Part shown: positions 24,953 to 36,300 of the stretch, in pieces
Layout of the letters: every line of letters starts with the position of its first letter
Position numbering within the stretch: position 1 is the first letter of the stretch
Source of the DNA: a virus
Taxonomy: Duplodnaviria; Caudoviricetes
Reading direction: 5' to 3' (one strand)
IMG/VR virus record: IMGVR_UViG_3300027759_000001
DNA: 64,000 nt
Notes under the pieces: model-generated
The model's database searches: none
What the model was told of the DNA's origin: nothing
The model's input: the letters and a program-made list of their open reading frames with translations, nothing else
Position numbers and translations under genes: made by a program

Positions 24953-27900
24953 ATGTCGGATAGTACATTATCGTTTGCGTCCTCGTCAAATTTTAGGGAT
25001 ATATTATTAGCCCGTAATTTACAACCATATTCGGTACCAGGGTCTTATTCTCCTAGTAGTAATAGTGTTAATTACGAGACTAATCTTTCTGTAGCAAATG
25101 TTATTGACTCACCAAACGGATTAATTTCAACAAACCAACTTGCTAATAGTTTATATTCACTCAATGAATACGGACCCGAAGGTGGTTATGACGGGAAATA
25201 TTCTGTACCTGGAGCACCACTACCCGTGGAATCAAATTCAGGGCCATACGCACCAACAGATACAGTATTAGATTTAGTTAATGAGTTTTATATTGATGCG
25301 GCATACGTACAAAACATTTACGGACCTGAAGGTGGTTTTAAAGATTTAGTTATTATAACCGATGTGGTTGGTAATCCTAAAATGTATACACCATATTGGG
25401 ATCCCTCAACATTTGTAACCTCATCCTATTCTCCATACGAGATAGTTTTTAGTAATAATCCAAATGGAAGTAATGGTCCTCTATCTCAAGATACTTATTT
25501 AGCAAAAATTGGTGCGGCACAACTTAAAAGTTTATTTGAAGAAAGAATTGCAAGTGAAATACTACAAGCAAGTGTTGGTAGTGTTAATTTAGATTCATTA
25601 CAAGATCCGTTTAGTGCAAGTATGATTGCCACAGGTCAACAACCATTCTTTACAAAAAATTGGAGAATTACCGTACCTGAAAACCCAATAAGTGCTTCTG
25701 TAACATTGGCAAATAGATTAACAGGAACATATTTCCCTGTATCATTTATTCCTGGTGATTATTTTGATGAATCGTTTATAGATAATCCACAAACTGAAGC
25801 TGCTTTAAATGTTGCAAATAATTTAACAGGTGGATTTTTGGGACCAATCTTAAATAAATTTAAGAATCCCTCTGAAATATTTGTTGCAAACACAGGATTT
25901 GGACAAAGGTCAGTATTATTCTCAAGTTTAGATTATAATAAATATAGACCGGCTTATAGTAGAGGTATCATACAAGGTGCAACAACTGCAATAGATAGAT
26001 TATTCAATCAAGATAAATCACAAAGTGGTGGTTATTATGTTGGTAGTCCGAATTCTGAACCTTCTCAGATTGATTCACCGGCAAATCAAGTCCCAATTGG
26101 GAAAAATGGTAGACAAGTACAAACTATTGTTTATGGACCACAAGAACTTGGTATTCTATATGAAGGTAATGAAGCTCAATTACAATTTGGTTTAAAAGGA
26201 AAATCATATACCGATGGTGGTGGTATTGATGGGCAATTTATTTGGACATCACCAAAATATAAAGACAATGCAGGATTTAAAGTGGGTCCTGGTGGAGTTG
26301 TCACAAGATTAGATAATGAATTTGAAACAATTAAAAGTGATTATGGTAGATACCAATCAACAGATATTGATTTCAAAGGTGATTCAATCTTAGATAAAAC
26401 ACAAAGACTTATTGAATCTGCGGATCAAGTACAAGGTCAAGCAAGATTAAAACACGTTGGTAATGCAATTAACCAAGTGTCTAAGGTATTCAACGATGGG
26501 TACAAAGAGATGACAAAGGGTTCTATGGTATTATCTTATACTGATCAAGCTGATGGGTCTCAAGCGGGTATTGAGTATTGTAGAGTGTTCCAAAAAGACA
26601 CACCTTACTTTACATATGCTGACTTACAAAAGAGTGATGGTATTACAACTGAAGGTAGAAAATTCTCGTATTCAGTTTTGGATAAGACATATAATCTTAA
26701 CATTGCTCCACTTAAAAATCCTGGATCAACAAATATTGTAGATAACAAAGTTAAAAAATATATGTTCTCTATTGAAAATTTAGCGTGGAGAACTTCAGAT
26801 AGACCTGGATTTACTTACGATGATTTACCTGTTTGTGAAAAAGGACCAAATGGAGGTAGAGTCATGTGGTTTCCACCATATGATATTTCATTTAGTGATG
26901 ATAGTACTCCTGATTTCTCATCAACTAATTTCTTGGGTAGACCCGAACCAATATACACTTATAAGAACACTTCAAGAAAGGGTAGTATAAGTTGGAAGAT
27001 TGTTGTGGATCATCCGGCAATTATGAATACTATTATTCAGAAACAATTGGCGGGAGTTGCAAAACAAAGAGTAGATTCAATTGTTGATTCATTCTTTGCG
27101 GGGTGTACAAAATATGATATGTATGAATTAGGTATTAAATTTAACACAATACCGACAAGAGATTTATTTACATACCAACAAATATTAAATAACCCAAGAT
27201 TAACCAATGAAGAGTTGGGTCAGGTTGCGTTTGAAATACCTGTTGATCCTCAAGTTATTGTTGAAAAAACTGCGGAAGGTGGTGATAGTGGAAAAGATGG
27301 CACGGGTAGTAATAGTACCATAACAAATGCAACATCAACATTACAAAATTCGGATGAGTTAAAAGAATTTTTAAATTATGCATTTTATTTTGAAAATGAT
27401 TGTCCTGAATGTTACGGTTCATATGCAACAACCTCATCAAAACCATTTGATAGTTGGTATGATTCATATATTCCTAAACAAAGTACAACATATGTAACAA
27501 AAGCTCCGGCAACAGTTTATGTTGGATCAGAACCGTTTACCAAAGAAGGTGTACAAACATTTTTTAATAATGTAATTAAAAATAATTTTGATAAATTAAA
27601 AACTGATTTCTTAAAAAAATTAAAAGAAATAATAATAGATAAAAATGGTACGGTTGTATTAACATTAAGAGGTTCGGCATCGGCACCTGCAAAAGTAGGG
27701 TATAACAAAAAATTATCACAAAGAAGGGTAGATAGTGTACAAAAATGGTTTAAAAATCAAAAACTTGGGGATAAACTTATAAGTGAATTACCTGAAGATA
27801 AATTTAAAATTATAATTGAAACACAGGGTGAGGAGGAAGTCGTAACTGTTGGTAATTCTAGTTCTAATACCGCATCTGCAAGTGGATCCACTAGTCCTGT

Positions 27901-29995
27901 AAATGGTATATCTGTTAATTGTAGTACAAATATAACTACAACTCCGTCTGTGAATACAACTGGTGGTGATATTGTGGGAGCTTCTTCTAATAGTGCAGCG
28001 CAATGGTGGTCAGTACCTGCAATGGCTTGTAGACGAGTTGCTTTAACTAAAATTGAGGCTAAGGTCCCACCCGACCCAATCCCTGTTGAAAAACCAAAAG
28101 ACCCAAAAGAAAATGAGACAGGAGATGGTGACGGAACTAACACATTTAAACCTGGTGATCCATCTAAAACAATCAAACCATCACCTAATTTAAGGATTGA
28201 ACAAAAAATTAAAGAAGGTATATCTAAAAAAATATTAAGATTTTTATTCTCAGAATGTGATTACTTTGAGGTTATTAAGGAAAGTGATCCTATGATATAT
28301 GATAGTATCAAACAAAAGATTAAGTACTTTAATCCTGCGTTCCACTCAACAACACCTGAGGGATTAAATGCTAGACTAACGTTTTTGAATCAATGTATGA
28401 GACCTGGTCAAACAATTCCTGTAATTGGACCTGATGGTAGACCAAAATATAATGATGCGTTAAATACGTCATTTGGAGCACCTCCAATCTTAATTTTAAG
28501 AATGGGTGACTTTTATAATAGTAAGATTGTCCCAACATCATTATCTATTGCTTATGATCCAATAACATTTGATTTAAATCCTGAAGGTATTGGTGTACAA
28601 CCAATGATTGCTAAAGTGACAATGGCGTTTAACTTTATTGGTGGTCATGGACTTAAAGAACCTGTTGAAGAATTACAAAACGCATTATCGTTTAACTATT
28701 ATGCGAACACCGAAATTTATGACGAAAGAGCAACGGCAACTGAAAGTACTGAGGCAAGAGATAAATACATGGTTGAGAAGATATTGGCTAACCAACCAAA
28801 AGTAACAACTGCCAGTGTTGTAAATCAACAACCAAAAAGAGGTGGGGAAGCAATTGGAACAATATCGGGGGATACTGATATTGATTACACTAAATTCGTA
28901 AATGACTATTGGAATAGTACTAAAGAATATTTTGATGCTTATATTAATACAAATGCGACAATTGGTAAAAACTATAACATAGGTATTTTAGATTTATTAT
29001 TTACAGAAAGAGATTACTCTACAGGTACTGCAGAATTTACACCTGTAATTGAAGTTCCAATTTATGGTAAACCAAGTAATGTTGAAGACAAATTGGATAA
29101 ATTATTTAATAAAGTTAATGGGGATATTTCACAAAGGAACGATCCTTTTATGCAAGTGGTTACCATAAATGATCAATCTATAACTAATGGTGACAAAAGA
29201 GAAATTGAAAATAAATTAAAAGAGTATGTAACAGGAATTAAAACAGATTTTATTACAAATGTTAGTAATAGTGTAAACGATTTAGTTTTATTACAACAGG
29301 ACTATATTCAATATATAAGAAAGGCAAATTTGGTATTATCAAAAACTGACGGAATAATGAATTCAAATAATGAACCTGATGTCTATGATATTTCAGGAGT
29401 TACAGATTCATTTACTCAGTTACAAACTTATTTGAAAAAAATAACAGATAAACATATTGAATTTTATCTTGTAAATGAAGGAATAGTTGAAGCACAGGAA
29501 TGTTTATATTTAAAAGAAGATTATTATAAAAAATTATCTTCAACTTTTACAGATGATAGAGGTGGTCCCCCTAGTGATTATAAAACCTCTAGGGAAAATT
29601 TAATGAATAGTGATCCTTCTAATAGATTTTATCAAGTGATGGCAAACATATTTAATGATGAAAATAGTAAAAATGAGTTAAAAACGTTCATACTTAATGG
29701 CCAATATAGTAACATAACTTTTGTTACGGATGTTGTTGATAAAGCAATTTTAAGTTGTTCAAATAACTTTAACCCATACACTAAAGTTAATAAAGATAGT
29801 TATGACAAAATAAAGACCAATCAATTATATTTAAATTTAATGATAAGTCCAATAGAGGATGATGTTAAATTTGGATTAACATATAAAAAAGTTAGTGGTA
29901 CCTCATCACAAAAAAAGGCGGTAAAAGAATTATATTCAAATGTGAATGTGGATAATAAAGAAAAAACCTTTGATGGTAAAATTAAATTTAATTAA
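24953..29995 (+). CDS. Large baseplate/tube-initiator protein with inserted OmpA-like domain
   Basis: FPPYDISFSD...FLGRPEPIYTYKNT.R and PPILILRMGDFY...PMIAKV tube-initiator-like segments flank YFEND...GSAS...YNKKLSQRRVDSV...CRRV (OmpA-like, ~27380-28060). Confidence 0.7.
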   Translation: MSDSTLSFASSSNFRDILLARNLQPYSVPGSYSPSSNSVNYETNLSVANVIDSPNGLISTNQLANSLYSLNEYGPEGGYDGKYSVPGAPLPVESNSGPYAPTDTVLDLVNEFYIDAAYVQNIYGPEGGFKDLVIITDVVGNPKMYTPYWDPSTFVTSSYSPYEIVFSNNPNGSNGPLSQDTYLAKIGAAQLKSLFEERIASEILQASVGSVNLDSLQDPFSASMIATGQQPFFTKNWRITVPENPISASVTLANRLTGTYFPVSFIPGDYFDESFIDNPQTEAALNVANNLTGGFLGPILNKFKNPSEIFVANTGFGQRSVLFSSLDYNKYRPAYSRGIIQGATTAIDRLFNQDKSQSGGYYVGSPNSEPSQIDSPANQVPIGKNGRQVQTIVYGPQELGILYEGNEAQLQFGLKGKSYTDGGGIDGQFIWTSPKYKDNAGFKVGPGGVVTRLDNEFETIKSDYGRYQSTDIDFKGDSILDKTQRLIESADQVQGQARLKHVGNAINQVSKVFNDGYKEMTKGSMVLSYTDQADGSQAGIEYCRVFQKDTPYFTYADLQKSDGITTEGRKFSYSVLDKTYNLNIAPLKNPGSTNIVDNKVKKYMFSIENLAWRTSDRPGFTYDDLPVCEKGPNGGRVMWFPPYDISFSDDSTPDFSSTNFLGRPEPIYTYKNTSRKGSISWKIVVDHPAIMNTIIQKQLAGVAKQRVDSIVDSFFAGCTKYDMYELGIKFNTIPTRDLFTYQQILNNPRLTNEELGQVAFEIPVDPQVIVEKTAEGGDSGKDGTGSNSTITNATSTLQNSDELKEFLNYAFYFENDCPECYGSYATTSSKPFDSWYDSYIPKQSTTYVTKAPATVYVGSEPFTKEGVQTFFNNVIKNNFDKLKTDFLKKLKEIIIDKNGTVVLTLRGSASAPAKVGYNKKLSQRRVDSVQKWFKNQKLGDKLISELPEDKFKIIIETQGEEEVVTVGNSSSNTASASGSTSPVNGISVNCSTNITTTPSVNTTGGDIVGASSNSAAQWWSVPAMACRRVALTKIEAKVPPDPIPVEKPKDPKENETGDGDGTNTFKPGDPSKTIKPSPNLRIEQKIKEGISKKILRFLFSECDYFEVIKESDPMIYDSIKQKIKYFNPAFHSTTPEGLNARLTFLNQCMRPGQTIPVIGPDGRPKYNDALNTSFGAPPILILRMGDFYNSKIVPTSLSIAYDPITFDLNPEGIGVQPMIAKVTMAFNFIGGHGLKEPVEELQNALSFNYYANTEIYDERATATESTEARDKYMVEKILANQPKVTTASVVNQQPKRGGEAIGTISGDTDIDYTKFVNDYWNSTKEYFDAYINTNATIGKNYNIGILDLLFTERDYSTGTAEFTPVIEVPIYGKPSNVEDKLDKLFNKVNGDISQRNDPFMQVVTINDQSITNGDKREIENKLKEYVTGIKTDFITNVSNSVNDLVLLQQDYIQYIRKANLVLSKTDGIMNSNNEPDVYDISGVTDSFTQLQTYLKKITDKHIEFYLVNEGIVEAQECLYLKEDYYKKLSSTFTDDRGGPPSDYKTSRENLMNSDPSNRFYQVMANIFNDENSKNELKTFILNGQYSNITFVTDVVDKAILSCSNNFNPYTKVNKDSYDKIKTNQLYLNLMISPIEDDVKFGLTYKKVSGTSSQKKAVKELYSNVNVDNKEKTFDGKIKFN

Positions 29996-29997
29996 AA

Positions 29998-30321
29998 ATG
30001 AATTTACAATATTATAACAGATATAATGAGTTTTTAATAAATGGACAACAAACAGTTGTTCCGTACATAAATTTACCTGCAAAAACAACTGATAAAAATT
30101 TCATATACAAAGTTGGACAATCAAGGTTAGATAAGGTATCATTCCAATTTTATAATACACCATATTTTGGTTGGTTAGTACAAATGGCAAACCCCCAATA
30201 TAGTGGTATGGAATCAAACATACCCGATGGAGCAATTTTAACAATACCATTCCCCCTTGTTAAGTCATTACAGGATTATAAAAACGAATTAGAAAATTAT
30301 TACTTCTATTATGGTAGATAA
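29998..30321 (+). CDS. LysM-like baseplate wedge protein (gp53 / P2 gpX-like)
   Basis: RLDKVSFQFY..PYFGWLVQMANP...IPDGAILTIP. Confidence 0.8.
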   Translation: MNLQYYNRYNEFLINGQQTVVPYINLPAKTTDKNFIYKVGQSRLDKVSFQFYNTPYFGWLVQMANPQYSGMESNIPDGAILTIPFPLVKSLQDYKNELENYYFYYGR

Positions 30322-33300
30322 AGGTGAAAATATATTAGTGGAATTTGATTATGATAACATTACCTTAATAGACCCAAATAAAATTGTAGATAGTGAAGGT
30401 AAAGTTAGTGATAGATTAGTTAAACATGAGAACCTTGTGTTTTATGCAAATTTAGAATGTAATGTATTACCAAGAACTAAATTAGCCTTAGGTTCGGCAT
30501 TGAATGATTCCGTTAGAACTGTTTCCGTTGGTAAGATTAATTTCTTAAATCCTGGTAACAAAACGTTCATGGATAACAGATATACCGATGAAATCACCGG
30601 TAAAGGATCTTTACAGGGTCAAGGGGTAAATCAACCAAAATTAAACGCAGTTCAAAACCCAAACAAATCCGATGATTTTTACCTTACACAGAGTACGTAT
30701 TCAAATGGTACACCTGGTGCGGTTGACAATGGTTTATTAGGTATAACTGAGATACAGGTTGCAATTGATACAAGTTTCTTACCTACCGTAACGGTTAACT
30801 TAACAGATGTTAAAGGAAGAGCATTATTTGAAGGTGGGAACAACTCACCTTACTCTGCGTTTTTCCAATTACCATATCCTATGTTTTATTTAACATTAAA
30901 GGGATATTACGGTAAGGCAGTTAGATTACCATTAATGTTACAATCGTTTACATCAAACTTTGATAATACAACAGGTAACTTTAAGATTGTATTAAAGTTT
31001 TTTGGGTATAAGTATACGGTGATGTCTTATGTGAATTGGGGGGCTATGATGGCGGTACCACATATGTATAATAATTTTGTGTCAACTGCACAAGCAAGTA
31101 CAAACACACCTGCGGGATCTAACCTTGATAAAATGTCAGCAAAACAAGTTAGTAGGGGGTATCAAAAAATGAAAGAATTATATTCTGAATATAAATCAAA
31201 AGGTTTAATTGACGATGATTTTCCTGAGATAACAATTACACAATTAAAGGCTCGTTTAGATAGATTTATTAATAATATATTAGAAAAATTTACCAAAGAA
31301 AATTTGGGATCAATAACAGAATTAGATAATTTTCAAACTCAGTTAACGGAATTTCAGAAAAAAGTATTTTTTTATGGTGATTCATGGTTTGAAACATACA
31401 TGGATAAAACAACTTCATATAATTTAAAAGACACTAAGGAAGTTGTTTATACGTATAAGAAAGACTATTCGGATCCTAACAAACAAGCTGAGGCTGAAAC
31501 TAAATTGGCGGGTATTTTTACTGAATATCAAAAATTATTACAAAGTAATAGTGTTGCGGGAAAAAATGGTAGTTATACGGTTGGTGGTAAAATCACAAAA
31601 AGTGAAGTACCTATTGATGCAACTGTAGAAAAATGTTACGCAAAAATTAATCCACTTACGGATATTGATTTTGCAAAAACGTATGAAGAAAGAAACGGTA
31701 AACCTGCAAAGACACAAACTGAATTAGATACGTTCATTGCGACTAACTCAATTGTACCTGGAACTAAGTTCTTTGTGTTTGAGGGTACTGATCACTTTAT
31801 TGATATAACAGAAAAGGCGGCCAAAGAATCGTCAAAACTTAGAAGAGAAATTGAAGAAAAAATTACCGATAATCTTAATGAACAATTAAGTAATAAAGAC
31901 ACTGGTGTTGGGTTTAAACCATCTATTAGAAACGTATTAGCAGTTTTCTTTGCACAAGGTGAAGCGTTTATTCGTTTAATGGATGATGTCCATTCTAAAG
32001 CTTGGGATTTAAGGGAAAATAAATACAGACGACAAGCAATTTTTGGCAGTAATAGTAGTGCATTGAGTGTGGATGTTAAATCATCTACCCAAAATAATGA
32101 ACCGATTTATCCTTGGCCTCAAGTTATTAAAGAAACTTTAGGTGATGATAAACAAGAGAAATTTGAAATTGTTTATCCGGGAGACAAATCAATTTCAACC
32201 ATGACAAAGGCGTATATTCCTGAAATATGGCCTGAAGTTGAATTTGTTGAGGAATTTATTAAAGGTTATACTGATAGGGTACCTAAAAATCCTGATTATG
32301 GTGATGAGTCTAATGTGGTTACAAGACCAAATAGATTAAGTTTAAATGCTCTTGATTTCCCTGTGACAAATGAGGTATTCCAAAACAAAGAAGAGATAAA
32401 ATTCTTTTATGAGATTTATGAAAGGATTATGGTTAACACTTATTATTCTAAATTAAATAGACAATCAGGATATGATGCGAGCATCTTTATGGTTGAAGCG
32501 GAAGACGAAAAGATTAATATACTTAAGAGTTTAGGTAATGATAATCCATTTTTAACTCAAAAACTAAAACGATACTTAATTGATCAAAATAATTTCTTAA
32601 CATTTTTAAGACACATTTCAAATCAAGGAGAAGGTGAAAGTTGGCAAAAATTCATAAGAGGAGAATTCACAATAAATTACCTTAAGAATAAAACTAACGT
32701 ACCTTTTGAATTATTTAATCAACAAATTTTAACAAATGAAAGATCTCAACCAAATGTTTCATTAACTGATGAATCAAAAATAATAGACTACATAGGGAAT
32801 CAAACCTCTAGTAATGAATTTGATTTTTCTGATATGTACCCTATTACTAATTTTAATTGGTGTAAGAATTATCTTGCGGATGGGGAAGCACTTCAAAATG
32901 TTAATTTGGCTTATAACACTAAAGACGTATTATCTTACAATACAACACATAAAACAATTTGTAATTTTAATAACGACGATACTAACGATAAGAAAAGACC
33001 TATAACTAACTTTAACTATAAGGCTGACGTATTTAGTCAAAATATTGACACTTCTAATTTCAAAACATTCTATAATAGTAGAAAAATTGAGGAACAATTC
33101 ACAACTGAAGGTAATTTAAATTACACTAACTATGATGGATTTGTAACCGACACTCAGACAACTTCAATATTGAACACACCTTATTTTATAAATGCAATTC
33201 AAAATGGTGTGTATAATTTTAGATATAAACCAAATGATTTATCATCTTATAAACAAGCTGCATATCTATTCTTAAATAGTTTACCACTAGCAAGTCTTAG

Positions 33301-36300
33301 AGAAAAATATAGATCATTTAACGAACCTAATGATTTAAGTTATATCTTATCAACCATTAAAAAATTTGGAGCGGTACATAAATTACCATACGCTTGGGTT
33401 GTTAAATATGGTTCCATATGGCATAGATATAAAACTTGGAATGATACTGGTGTAGATATATTAGATGAGGTTTGGAAAGATTTTGATTATTTAGGTAATT
33501 ATGATCCCGTAACATCAGCATCAACAAAAGTTTATTCTTTGAATATTGAAGGATTACAAAACAATATAGTTTTAGAAAATACAGTAAGTGCAACACCAAA
33601 CTTAGTTGCATATAATTCAACAACTATGAATACAGGGTTTTTCCCTAAGTTGTATGATGATATGAATGTATTCTTACAAGGATTACAATTATTTTCTGGA
33701 GCAACACAATTAAATGGTACTTGTAGTATTGTTGGAACAACATTAGACGTTTATACTATTAATGATAATAACTTGGCTCCTGGCGAAATATTAGCTGGAC
33801 CAACAGTAGATGTTAATACAACTATTGTATCCCAAATAAATGGAACAACAGGAGGTGTTGGTAAATATGTTGTTGATATATCTCAAAATACATCAATATT
33901 AAATGGTACGTGTAATGTTAATGGAACAACAATGGACGTTTTAACGTTTACGGGTGGTACATTATCCGCAGGACAAATTATTTCAGGTCCAACTCTTGCT
34001 CTTGGAACTAAAATTGTTAGTCAAGTGAGTGGTACTACAGGAGGTGTTGGACAATATATTATTGATATAACCCAAACACTTACAGGAGAAAACTTTACTG
34101 TGGTTACACCAAATATTTTTTATGTTACTAATTCAGCAACAGGGGGGTATTCACAAACTGAAATCCAAACATTAATTAATGATGGTAAAATGGTGATGAC
34201 AACAAATTCATCAGGTAAAATTATTGAAATAAGTGGTTTTGATCCTAACGATAATGATAGATCATTAAAAATAACACCTTGGTCAACAATAGTTAAAACT
34301 ACTGAAGGTGATAAATATTTTATAATGCCGTCTTTTGGTTATACAAAAAATCAAACAAAAGACGAGTGTTTTAAAAATAACAAAATGAAAGTAGAGGTTT
34401 CTAGTAATCCTGCGGTCTTTAACGGATCGGTTAGATTATTTTGGGGATCACCAAACTATGGTTATTTTGATAATACTAAAATTACAAAACCAAACCCTGA
34501 TTCATATTTGAAAGAAATATTGTCGGATAAGAAAACACAACAGAATTTTTCATTGAATGGTGATATTACAAAATACGATAAAATATCGGAAATGTTTACA
34601 ACATTTGATACGGAAATATTAGATTACTTTGAACAAGAGTTCTTAAATTTTAGTAGATCAATTTACGATTTTAAGACATTGGTTCCAAGTGATAAAGATG
34701 TTGAAACTGAATCTGAAAGATCATACAAGAACTTTCAATTATTAATGAGAGAATTATTAGTTGTTGAAAAACCATCTACCCTTAATTCCGAGGGGATGAT
34801 TAATTCTGTTATAGAAAAACAAAAAACAAATTTTCAAGGGATACTAACTAATTTCTTAGAATATAATGTTGTATTGAAAATGGGTAACCCATCTATGTTT
34901 GATAGAAGAACATTCTTAACATTCTCCACTAAATTCTTAATTGATCCTGTATCGTATCAAGGGTACAATCAAGGAACAACAGGAAGTTTACCATCAAATG
35001 GTGGAACCATTACATTGGCTCAATCTAAAACTGCAAACCCTGAAACATGGAAAACGTTGGAGAAATATGTTGGATTTTCTGAAATACCTGAGTTAGTCTA
35101 TTCCGATAATGGGTCATATATTACGGATTTCTTTATTGATTTGAATGTTCAATTTACGGAAAAAAATGTTAAAGATTTTGCTCCGTTGATTATGTTATAT
35201 GCAACTCAGAAACTTAATAATTTCAAAGTTCCAACAAATAACGTTGTGATACCAAATCCTGTACCTACACCCGTACCAAGTCCTCAAACACCTGGTGATT
35301 TATTAACTACAGTAACACTTAAAGATACTAAAACAATTTCCGTATACAAATTTGGACCACAAAAATATGGTGTTTATAAAGATGCAACAGGAACAATTTT
35401 ATTTACAGGACAACCTGTAAGCGCATCATTATACCCATTGAATGCTCCTATTGTTGATGCGATTATTATAAGTCAATACCCCCCTACAGGTTTATCATCA
35501 AACCCTAATGATCCTCAATTTATTGTTAGTACTGTTAATGTAACTACTTCACAAGTAACAACAACTACGACAACTCTTCCTATTGTACAAAATTTAGGTA
35601 ATAGTGTAGATGGTGTTAAGTTTTATGGTCTTATGGATGAATACCTTGATAAATCAGAAACTTATTTAAAAAATGTTATTTCTAATTTAATGACAGGTGT
35701 ACGAGCTGGCTTACCAAATATTACAATAGAAGGTGATAAAGGTAATAAGTCACAACTTGAGGGAGAACAAACAAGAGTTGAGATGTGGGAAACATTCAAA
35801 GCGTTCAATGATACATGGGTTGCCGGTGGTGACTTTAAATCAAAAACAATGTTTGAAGATGTTTTATTATTTGATAGGGCAAGTAGAGACGTTGGACAAA
35901 AAGTTTATGTTGACATCTTCAAAATTAAAGATTTAATTGAAGGTTCATTATACAAAAATAATATGTTAGATATTGTATCAACAATATTATCACAAAATAA
36001 TTTTACTTATTTCCCATTACCAGCTTACGCTAATTTCTATAACGCACAAGACGCAGAAAAAAATCCTGTACCAAGAAGTGAAGGATCAACTGAATTTGCT
36101 AACTCATTTTGGGGTACGTTCTTAAATGTGGATTATAGAAATACATCACCTAAGTTTTTATGTTATTATGCAAACAAACCTAGTCAGTATGTGGATATGA
36201 AGGACAATGTTGATTATAGATTTAGAGACGATGCGTTTGACCTTAGACGAGCAAGTGATAACCCATTAGTTGAGAGTCAATCTAACAAAAAGAATTGGGA

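Noticed and set aside
27757-28176. Antisense ORFs within the 1680-aa gene; likewise 20545-20871, 22212-22481 and other nested short ORFs
   Set aside because: Shadow frames of well-supported genes.
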